Source: Candidatus Poribacteria bacterium
GTDB taxonomy: Bacteria > Poribacteria > WGA-4E > WGA-3G
Direction of reading: 5' to 3'
Length of the DNA: 64,000 nucleotides
Assembly (NCBI GenBank): GCA_965116815.1
Contig: OZ220722.1
Span: 149,962-213,961 of the forward strand
Shown here: positions 55,842 through 63,026 of the stretch, in pieces
How the letters are laid out: each line of letters opens with the position of its first letter
Position numbering within the stretch: the first letter of the stretch is position 1
The notes under the pieces: model-generated
Databases searched by the model: none
Told to the model about the DNA's origin: nothing
Seen by the model: only the letters and a program-made list of their open reading frames with translations
Translations under genes and position numbers: made by a program

Positions 55842-57158
55842 TTATTCAGTCAGTGCCTGATAGGTCAGCACTTTAAATTGATCGTGGGAAGAGGACACGT
55901 CACTGATCTGCGTCATGAGCAAACCGATCAACTCCTTTTCAGGGTCAATCCAGAAGATGGTCCCAGCGGCACCACCCCAACTGTAACTTCCTATCGACTC
56001 CGGCGTGTCTTTTGGGTCTTTTTCATCGGTGTCTTTCGATTCTTTATCATTTACGACGGAAAAACCGAGTCCAAACCAACCGTTGTGATGCGGATACCGC
56101 ATTAATTCGACCGTTTTTTTATCCAATATACGGACACCATCAAGTTCACCACCGTTGAGCAACATCTGACAAAACCGCATATAGTCTGGAGCAGTGGAGA
56201 CGAGTCCGCCACCGCCCCCTGGAAAGAAACGGATCTCACCATTCGCGAGTTGTGGATCCTTATCAACACGTTCCAACATCATTTTTTGCTCTTTATGACC
56301 TTTGATATCCTTCTTCTCTATAGCACCGTTCTTCTTTTTTTCTTTGTCTTTATCGCCTTTCATCCCGCCTTCTTTGTTAAGTTCATAGAGTGCGGCAAAC
56401 CTGTCCAACTTCCCTACAGGTACTGAAAATGCAGTATCAACCATACCGAGCGGTTCAAAGAGCCGCGTTTGGAGGAATTCTTCAAACGGCATCCCCGAAA
56501 CCACCTCCACAAGGTAGCCGAGTAGGTCAGTAGATACACCATAGGTCCACGCTTCACCCGGTTCGTGGACTAACGGAACAGTGCTCAATTTTTGTGCCAT
56601 ATCCGCCAACGTTGTGCCGGGTTCAAAAATTTTCGCCTCCCGAAAGCGTTTATCGGCGGGTTCGCCGCCCCAGCCATAGATTAACCCTGAAGTATGCATG
56701 AGGAGATGTTTGATTGTTATCTCCTTCTTCGCATCCAAGATTTCAGTCTGGTCCTCGCTGTAGACCTTCATATCCTTAAATTCAGGGATGAAATCGGACA
56801 CAGGTGTGTCGAGTTGAAAATGTCCTTCTTCATAAAGCATCATCACTGCGACACTCGTAATCGGTTTCGACATCGAGTGGATACGGAAGATTGTGTCTGC
56901 TTCGATGGACTTGTTATTTTCAATATCTCCCATACCGATGGTTTCAAAATGAACAATTTTGCCGCGTCTCGCCACGACCGTCAGGAACCCCGCTATACGT
57001 CCATCATCGACATAACCTTGCATCACAGGACGGATGCGTTCAAGGCGTTCAGCAGAGACACCAACTTCCTCCGGCACTGCCATCGGGAGTCCTTGTCCAA
57101 AAGCGAGTGTAGTAACACAAAAAAGCAGTAAACATGTATATGCCAACAATTTCCTCAA
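55842..57158 (-). CDS. Secreted serine hydrolase, beta-lactamase-like family (paralogue B2, with K/D/E-rich insertions)
   Basis: Signal peptide. SMSKPITS. Two low-complexity insertions relative to B1 (GDKDKEKKKNGAIEKKDIKGHKEQK and KESKDTDEKDPKDT). Confidence 0.75.
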   Translation of the reverse strand: MRKLLAYTCLLLFCVTTLAFGQGLPMAVPEEVGVSAERLERIRPVMQGYVDDGRIAGFLTVVARRGKIVHFETIGMGDIENNKSIEADTIFRIHSMSKPITSVAVMMLYEEGHFQLDTPVSDFIPEFKDMKVYSEDQTEILDAKKEITIKHLLMHTSGLIYGWGGEPADKRFREAKIFEPGTTLADMAQKLSTVPLVHEPGEAWTYGVSTDLLGYLVEVVSGMPFEEFLQTRLFEPLGMVDTAFSVPVGKLDRFAALYELNKEGGMKGDKDKEKKKNGAIEKKDIKGHKEQKMMLERVDKDPQLANGEIRFFPGGGGGLVSTAPDYMRFCQMLLNGGELDGVRILDKKTVELMRYPHHNGWFGLGFSVVNDKESKDTDEKDPKDTPESIGSYSWGGAAGTIFWIDPEKELIGLLMTQISDVSSSHDQFKVLTYQALTE

Positions 57159-57175
57159 TCCGTTCTCCTTTTTTA

Positions 57176-57982
57176 TTACGGCACCCGCTTAAGGTATCCC
57201 CAACGCGTTGCGAGTTTCCCACCGGGCTCAACGCTGAGAATTTGCGCTAACCCGACATCCATCGCCTCTTGAATTTCATCTTCAGTTCGTGCGACATTGG
57301 AGATGCGTATCTCGTCAATGATACCTTTTAATCCATTTGCGTTATCGAGATTCGGCACACCGATTGTAATCGGATCGTTACTCTGAAACGTCTGAGCGTT
57401 CGGAGCCTCGGTCTCCAATTCGCCATCAACGTAAACGCGTCCCATCTTACCATCATAAGTAAAGGCGAGGTGATGCCATTTATTATCCGTGATGTCGGTC
57501 GTCCCATCTATACTGAACGCGCATCCACCATTTGCCCCGATCTGTGCATGCAAAACGCTCTTATCTACATGAACCCAAATGCCGTAGTTTCGATTAGTGC
57601 ACCCCGCCTGCTGTTTGCAGACCATGCCCTGCCATTTCCCTGTGGACTCTTTCACTTTAACCCACGCTTCAATACTGAGCGTTTCTAACTCAAGTTCCTT
57701 CGTAGAATCCACGACCACGTAGCCGCCAGCATCGCCAGGGAGCTCCAATCCTGCCCCGAATTTCGCTTTGACCCACTTCGGACTTCCCGCAAATTTGCCA
57801 TCGTGCCCGTTGCCAGAGGCATCCTGCACCGTTTTCCCGGTCCCCTCTTCAAAAAGCCAAACAGCAACTGTATTTTCATCAACCGCTGCACGTGTAGATA
57901 CGCAGATAAACAACGTTAAAACCGCCATTGCGATAAAAGTATACTTGATGCTATAGCAAAATTTTGTATCCATGGTGCGCAT
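57176..57982 (-). CDS. Secreted LamG domain protein ending in the TWGxLK tag
   Basis: AGGAGG 6 nt upstream of the ATG. Signal/TM segment. LamG core (WHHLAFTYDG...VYVDGEL...IDEIRISN). C-terminus VEPGGKLATRWGYLKRVP. Confidence 0.75.
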   Translation of the reverse strand: MRTMDTKFCYSIKYTFIAMAVLTLFICVSTRAAVDENTVAVWLFEEGTGKTVQDASGNGHDGKFAGSPKWVKAKFGAGLELPGDAGGYVVVDSTKELELETLSIEAWVKVKESTGKWQGMVCKQQAGCTNRNYGIWVHVDKSVLHAQIGANGGCAFSIDGTTDITDNKWHHLAFTYDGKMGRVYVDGELETEAPNAQTFQSNDPITIGVPNLDNANGLKGIIDEIRISNVARTEDEIQEAMDVGLAQILSVEPGGKLATRWGYLKRVP

Positions 57983-58105
57983 GATTATCTCCTCCTTTAT
58001 TGCGGTATTCTATCAAAAAATGAATGTTAAGTCAAGTATTTGGTGGTGCATGCTCAGTGCCATTCAATACTCCATTCTCCGCTCTAATTTTTACCCCCAG
58101 ATTCA

Positions 58106-58134
58106 GTAGGTCCGGTTTCCCAACCGCACCGGAC
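58106..58134. repeat. REP-like GTAG + hairpin unit
   Basis: GTAG-GTCCGGT-TTCCCAACCGC-ACCGGAC. Related to GTAGGTTCGGTTTGCAACCGAACC at 62482 and 62551. Confidence 0.5.
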
Positions 58135-58215
58135 TTAAAAAAGAAGATTCAAACGTTCAGACAATCCGATAATTTATTTAAAACTAAATCGCTCTGCTCA
58201 TCAGAGATAAAAATG

Positions 58216-58244
58216 TTGACACGAGATTACGCATCGCATATAAT
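58216..58244 (+). promoter_or_regulatory. Perfect-consensus sigma70 promoter
   Basis: TTGACA (58216-58221), 17 nt, TATAAT (58239-58244), with an A-rich stretch upstream. About 130 nt upstream of tnpA. Confidence 0.6.
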
Positions 58245-58376
58245 TTCGCATGTTCACTTGTAGGCGTGCGGTGGACGTGCGCGAACTACAAGCGAGATAC
58301 ATAAGGAGGTCTTCCTAAATAGTTAATTATCTATGTTTTTCTTGTTTTTTCTATGTTTTTGTGGTATGCTTATAGT

Positions 58377-58982
58377 ATGAAACACTATAAAACACCACGA
58401 GAAACATCGGAGATTCTCGGTATTTCTATAGATAGACTCCGACGGTTAGCAGAGAACGGCACAATCTCTACTATCCGAACGCCGGGTGGACAAAGGCGTT
58501 ATGATGTGCAGGGGTATCTTGATGCGCAAACCGAAACAGAGATTACTACCATTGGGTATTGTAGAGTCAGCAGTAGCGGGCAAAAAGAAGACCTCACGTC
58601 CCAAGTCGCGTATGTCCAAAGCCACTATCCTGAAGCAGAGATTATTCGAGACTTTGGAAGTGGTATCAACTTCAAAAGAAAAGGACTTCTCTCCTTACTG
58701 GAACGCATCTTGCGAGGTGATAAACTCCACATTGTTGTTGCCCATCGGGATCGACTCGCCCGATTCGGCGGAGAAGTCATACAATTCTTGGTCGAACAAA
58801 ACGGTGGAGAAGTCGTGGTTCTCGACGAGACTGTTTACAGCCCCGAGGAAGAACTTACTGCCGATCTCCTCGCAATTCTGCATGTCTTTTCCTGTAGAAT
58901 GTATGGACTCCGGCGATACCGTGACCAAATCAAAGAAGATCGAAATCTTTCCCACAGTGGAACAGAAAGCGATACTCCGTAG
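58377..58982 (+). CDS. tnpA: IS607-type serine recombinase transposase TnpA
   Basis: MerR-like HTH (TPRETSEILGISIDRLRRLAENGTISTIRTPGGQRRY) followed by the resolvase catalytic motif IGYCRVSSSGQKEDL. Confidence 0.85.
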   Translation: MKHYKTPRETSEILGISIDRLRRLAENGTISTIRTPGGQRRYDVQGYLDAQTETEITTIGYCRVSSSGQKEDLTSQVAYVQSHYPEAEIIRDFGSGINFKRKGLLSLLERILRGDKLHIVVAHRDRLARFGGEVIQFLVEQNGGEVVVLDETVYSPEEELTADLLAILHVFSCRMYGLRRYRDQIKEDRNLSHSGTESDTP

Positions 58983-60072
58983 ATGGTTTGGCACGTCTCG
59001 ATATACGTATAATGCGTCGGTATCTGCTCTACAAGAGCAAGGAAACCCACCGAAGAACTTCAAAGGACTTGTTTCCATTGTGCTTGACCGCCTTCCCGAA
59101 TGGCATGTAGACACACCGCGCCAAATCAAGGCAGGCGCGGTTATGGATGCGTGTCAAGCGGTTCGCAATGCCAAAATAAAGGCAAAAGCGACAGGTGAGC
59201 GTCAAAACGTCAAGTTTCGGTCCAGAAAGAATCGTAGACAGACACTTTATCTGCGTGCCGACTCCCTGAAAAACAATGGTTTTTATGTTCGTTTTTTAGG
59301 TGATATGAAGATGTCAGAGCCTTTGCCTGCTAAACCACAAGGGACAGGTAAGAAATCAGAACGTGATACGAATGCGGAGGTCAAGGATTCTCAATTGATA
59401 CTGGAAAATGGCAGATATTTTCTCTGTGTTTCTTATGTTGAGAAGAAAAAGACGCGAGAACCAAGCGGTAGAATAGTAGCACTTGACCCCGGTGTTCGTG
59501 ATTTTATGACGTTTTTCTCTGAAGAGAGTTTCGGTTGGTTAGGACAGCAGTGTATCAACCGTATTCAAAGATTGTGTCAACACTGCGATAACCTCCTATC
59601 ACGCGCAACGCAAGAGAAACGCCCGCTACGGCGTGCTTTGCGGAAAGCCGCGAATAGAATAAAGGTAAAAATCCGTAATCTCATTGATGAACTTCACAAA
59701 AAGGTTGCACACTTCCTCGTAACAAACTTTGACATCATTTTGCTTCCAACCTTTGAGACGAAACAGATGACGAAACGAGGCGCGCGGAAGTTGCGAAAGA
59801 AGTCCGTTCGACAGATGCTAACACTCTCACACTATAGATTCAAAATATTTCTGAAACACAAGGCTTTGGAATATGGTGTGCGAGTTGTTGATGTCTGTGA
59901 AGTTTATACTTCTAAAACGGTGTCTTGGACAGGTGAAATCGTCGCGAACCTCGGCGGCTCTAAAGTTATCAAGTCATCGGAAGGTCATCGTATGGATAGG
60001 GATTTGAACGGCGCACGTGGGATATTCATCAAGAATGTCGCAGGTGCTTTGACGGTTCGTCCATCTACTTAG
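58903..60072 (+). CDS. tnpB: TnpB (OrfB) RuvC-like nuclease, zinc-finger cysteines absent
   Basis: Start at MDSGDTV (alternative at 58882). KIEIFPTVEQKAILRRWFG. RuvC-I ALDPGVRD. RuvC-II LPTFETKQM. RuvC-III MDRDLNGARGI. The segment between YTSKT and DRD reads VSWTGEIVANLGGSKVIKSSEGHRM with no Cys. Confidence 0.8.
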   Translation: MDSGDTVTKSKKIEIFPTVEQKAILRRWFGTSRYTYNASVSALQEQGNPPKNFKGLVSIVLDRLPEWHVDTPRQIKAGAVMDACQAVRNAKIKAKATGERQNVKFRSRKNRRQTLYLRADSLKNNGFYVRFLGDMKMSEPLPAKPQGTGKKSERDTNAEVKDSQLILENGRYFLCVSYVEKKKTREPSGRIVALDPGVRDFMTFFSEESFGWLGQQCINRIQRLCQHCDNLLSRATQEKRPLRRALRKAANRIKVKIRNLIDELHKKVAHFLVTNFDIILLPTFETKQMTKRGARKLRKKSVRQMLTLSHYRFKIFLKHKALEYGVRVVDVCEVYTSKTVSWTGEIVANLGGSKVIKSSEGHRMDRDLNGARGIFIKNVAGALTVRPST

Positions 60073-60138
60073 GTAGATGCAAACCGCGTTTTACAGAGAT
60101 TTTTCTGTAAATACGCAGGTTCAAAGGAACAGGCTGAT

Positions 60139-61311
60139 ATGGCAGAACGAATTAAAATGGGATTAGTCGGATGCGGTGGTATGTCCGGTGCTCACATGGG
60201 CGGGTATCGCCAACTCTGGTCCCAAGGCATCAGGGATTATGAGATTGTGGCAGCGTGCGACATCGCAGAGGAACGCGCTGAGGAACGTGCAAATCAGGCG
60301 CAAGAGTTCCAAGGTGGCACGAAACCAGCCGTCTATACAGAACTCGACCAGATGCTGGCGAAACACCCCGATCTGGAGTGTGTTGACATCTGCGCGCTTC
60401 ACAGTGCCCACCACACACTCGCTGTCCCTGCACTGGAGGCAGGGAAGCATGTTATCATCGAAAAGCCGTTCGGTATCACAATGCGGGCATGCAAACTGAT
60501 GATGGACGCGGCGGATCGAAACGATAAGATTATCTCTGTCGCTGAAAACTATCGCTTGGCACGTATCCAACGCACACGCAGCTGGGCAATCGCGCAAGGA
60601 CGTATCGGCGACCCTCGTATGTTCTTCTGGATAGAGGTCAACGAAGGCTTAGGGAAATGGGGTTGGCGTAACTTCAAGATGGATGCAGGCGGCGGTTGGG
60701 CATTAGATGGCGGCGTGCATTTCACCGATCTGATGCGCTATATCCTCGGCATGGAAGCCGAAGAGGTCTATGCCATCAACAAGGCTTACGAACCTTTCCG
60801 ATACGACAATCCGGCAGAAAGAGAAGGCGGTTATGCGGTTGATGTCGAGGATGCCATGATCGCTACCATCAAGTTTGAGCAAGGCGTTACAGCGCAGTGG
60901 ACATGGGTAGGTTCAGCCCCTGGGCGAGGATTCGGTCAACATACCGTCTACGGCAGCGAGGGCGCGCTTGACTGGAATCAAGGATTGGTGCCCCGCGGCG
61001 GTGAGCCGATTTCCAACGAAGACCTGATGAAAGAATTCACCGATAGCCTCAGCGATTCGGAACGGGAATACTTCTTCCCGGGCGGCGTAGAAGATACCGT
61101 TGCGATTGAACTGAAATACTTCGCCGATGCAATTCGGACAGGTGGTAAGCCGGAAGTAGATGATGTCGAAGGCATGCGGTCAGAAGCCATCTGCATGGCA
61201 GTCTATGAATCGGGATGGTTCGGTCGTCCAGTAACAATTGAAGAGATCGAAAACTGCGAACTGGAAGGCTACCAGAAGGAAATTAACGATAAGTTAGGAA
61301 TTGGGGTGTAG
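60139..61311 (+). CDS. Gfo/Idh/MocA family oxidoreductase
   Basis: N-terminal Rossmann motif MGLVGCGGMSGAH. EKPF motif (HVIIEKPFG). About 390 aa. Confidence 0.8.
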   Translation: MAERIKMGLVGCGGMSGAHMGGYRQLWSQGIRDYEIVAACDIAEERAEERANQAQEFQGGTKPAVYTELDQMLAKHPDLECVDICALHSAHHTLAVPALEAGKHVIIEKPFGITMRACKLMMDAADRNDKIISVAENYRLARIQRTRSWAIAQGRIGDPRMFFWIEVNEGLGKWGWRNFKMDAGGGWALDGGVHFTDLMRYILGMEAEEVYAINKAYEPFRYDNPAEREGGYAVDVEDAMIATIKFEQGVTAQWTWVGSAPGRGFGQHTVYGSEGALDWNQGLVPRGGEPISNEDLMKEFTDSLSDSEREYFFPGGVEDTVAIELKYFADAIRTGGKPEVDDVEGMRSEAICMAVYESGWFGRPVTIEEIENCELEGYQKEINDKLGIGV

Positions 61312-61323
61312 GTGCTAATTTAA

Positions 61324-61475
61324 CCCAAGTTGCTACTAACAGGTTTGGCACATTTTAGAAAGGGTCTTGGTCTTTTTCCCCACCCCGTAGGGGTGATATA
61401 TCTATAGAAAATGGCGTATTTACGCGATTGCACTCCAGCGGAGTGCTATATCCTATAATAAGTAGCAACTTGCGT
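61324..61475. mobile_element. Family D MITE-like element, copy 2 (152 bp)
   Basis: Terminal IR CCCAAGTTGCTACT / AGTAGCAACTTGCG. Hairpins CACCCCGTAGGGGTG and GCACTCCAGCGGAGTGC. Flanked by direct TAATTTAA (61316-61323 and 61476-61483). Confidence 0.75.
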
Positions 61476-61487
61476 TAATTTAATGAA

Positions 61488-61561
61488 AGGAGTGGAAGGT
61501 TGGAAGAGCTTAGTTGGGAGATTGGAGGGCACCATCCTTCCGTTCCTTCATGCTTCCATCC
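61488..61561. repeat. Family C GGAAGG/CTTCC-rich element
   Basis: AGGAGTGGAAGGTTGGAAGAGC...GGAGGGCACCATCCTTCCGTTCCTTCATGCTTCCATCC. Confidence 0.5.
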
Positions 61562-61594
61562 AAAAATCTTCTGCCTTTCTGATGGGTTAGAATT

Positions 61595-62395
61595 ATGAAT
61601 CGATTGGACGGGAAGGTTGCGATCGTTACAGGTGCAGGGAAAAAAGGTGAAGTTGACGGTACCGGCTACGCGACATCAATGCTCTTCGCGAGAGAAGGTG
61701 CGAAAGTCCTGTTGGCAGACATCTCCCCTGAGAACGCCAACGCCACACTCACAGAAATCGAGGCAGAGGGTGGCGAAGCATCGGTATTCATCGGCGACCT
61801 CTCCACAGAGGCAGCCTGTGCTGGAATGGTAGAAGCTGCCGTCGAACGTTTTGGTAAAGTGAACGTCCTCTTCAACAACGTTGGACTCGGCGGTTCCGGG
61901 GTGGTCACACAGGTAGACGAAGAGAAGTGGGACAGGGTGATGGATGTCAACCTCAAGAGCATGGTCATGGCGTGTAAATACGCCGTACCTCGGATGGCTG
62001 AGGCAGGCGGCGGCTCAATCATCAACGTCTCATCAATCGACGCGTTGCGCGCCGGTTCATCCCGAAATCTGCCGTATGCAGCCGCGAAGGGTGGGATGAT
62101 TTCCGCCACAACAGTGATGGCGGTTCATCACGGACGCGATAACATCCGGGTGAACTGTATCGCGCCCGGGCACCTCTACGCTTCGTTTCCTGCCCCCTAT
62201 CTGAGCGAAGCGGAGCGCGAACGGCGTCGTCTTATCGGACCGCTCGGTACAGAGGGAACCGCATGGGATGTCGCTTGGGCAACCGTTTTCCTCGCCAGTG
62301 ACGAATCGAAATGGATCTCCGGTGTCACTATTCCGATTGATGCGGGTCTACTCGCCGCAACACCACTCGCCGTTGTACACCAGCTTGATGAATAA
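61595..62395 (+). CDS. Short-chain dehydrogenase/reductase (SDR) family oxidoreductase
   Basis: VTGAGKKGEVDGTGYA (extended TGxxxGxG region), NNVG, catalytic YAAAK, about 266 aa. Confidence 0.8.
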   Translation: MNRLDGKVAIVTGAGKKGEVDGTGYATSMLFAREGAKVLLADISPENANATLTEIEAEGGEASVFIGDLSTEAACAGMVEAAVERFGKVNVLFNNVGLGGSGVVTQVDEEKWDRVMDVNLKSMVMACKYAVPRMAEAGGGSIINVSSIDALRAGSSRNLPYAAAKGGMISATTVMAVHHGRDNIRVNCIAPGHLYASFPAPYLSEAERERRRLIGPLGTEGTAWDVAWATVFLASDESKWISGVTIPIDAGLLAATPLAVVHQLDE

Positions 62396-62444
62396 AGGAA
62401 ACCTCATCGCCGCCTTGATGAATAAAGGAAACCCTCATTGCCGC
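62384..62444 (+). repeat. Tandem 30/31-bp duplication spanning the SDR stop codon
   Basis: CTTGATGAATAAAGGAAACCTCATCGCCGC (62384-62413) and CTTGATGAATAAAGGAAACCCTCATTGCCGC (62414-62444). Confidence 0.8.
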
Positions 62445-62445
62445 T

Positions 62446-62478
62446 GGCGAGGATTGTATCCTCGCCTCTTGTAATATT
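62446..62478 (+). terminator. Putative terminator hairpin after the SDR gene
   Basis: GGCGAGGA-TTGTA-TCCTCGCC followed by TCTTGTAATATT. The same GGCGAGG hairpin type forms the core of family B. Confidence 0.4.
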
Positions 62479-62481
62479 AAG

Positions 62482-62505
62482 GTAGGTTCGGTTTGCAACC
62501 GAACC
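62482..62505. repeat. REP-like unit (GTAG + 9-bp hairpin)
   Basis: GTAG-GTTCGGTTTGCAACCGAAC-C. Identical copy at 62551-62574. Confidence 0.65.
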
Positions 62506-62550
62506 ATAACTGTCAATTTTAGAAAAATAGCCCTCGCGGACCCAGGACCG

Positions 62551-62574
62551 GTAGGTTCGGTTTGCAACCGAACC
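62551..62574. repeat. REP-like unit (GTAG + 9-bp hairpin)
   Basis: GTAGGTTCGGTTTGCAACCGAACC, in direct orientation to the 62482 copy. Confidence 0.65.
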
Positions 62575-62644
62575 GGATTCTACGCGAAAACCTTGAAGGC
62601 TTCAAACGCCTCTTGAATCCCGTAGGGATGGTATCTGTGTAGGC

Positions 62645-62890
62645 CCGTAGGTTGGGTTGAACGGGGTTGAAAATCAAAGGCAGATATTTCAAAATACATC
62701 AAACCTAATATACCCGTATACACATAAAGAAACCGAGTGAAACCCAACGCTCTTTGCGTCAAACACTACAAACATGGCAGTAGTTTCCGTTGGGTTTCGC
62801 TATCTCGTTGACTGATAGAACGGTGTAAAGCGGTAAAAGTGCTTGGTGGGTCCGTATCATTTTTTTCGGTTCCGCTCAACCCAACCTACG
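62645..62890. repeat. Family E structured repeat, copy 2
   Basis: CCGTAGGTTGGGTTGAACGG ... GTGAAACCCAACG ... CGTTGGGTTTCGCT ... CCGCTCAACCCAACCTACG. Confidence 0.7.
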
Positions 62891-63026
62891 ATGCTATGAT
62901 GCGTTTTTTCTAAAATTGACAGTTATAGAAACCGCACCCACCGAATCTAAAAAAGAAAACGGGCAGTGTCCAATACGGCACTGCCCGTTGTTATCTCAGG
63001 GATTATTAATTGTTACTCTTCATCGG

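Larger units (their letters stand above)
58353..60110 (+). mobile_element. IS607-family insertion sequence (tnpA + tnpB); ends not defined
   Basis: A MerR-HTH serine recombinase gene overlaps a TnpB gene. Two hairpins at the 3' end (60062-60079 and 60091-60110). Only one copy in the window, so the boundaries are approximate. Confidence 0.65.
62506..62926. repeat. Nested inverted-repeat island 2 (outer 22-bp IR enclosing a REP unit and family E copy 2)
   Basis: ATAACTGTCAATTTTAGAAAAA (62506-62527) vs TTTTTCTAAAATTGACAGTTAT (62905-62926), perfect match. Confidence 0.7.

Noticed and set aside
58486-58902. Long N-terminal extension of the TnpB ORF (528-aa track ORF).
   Set aside because: That portion is an out-of-frame overlap with tnpA and has no TnpB-like sequence. 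TnpB homology starts near MDSGDTV / KIEIFPTVEQ.
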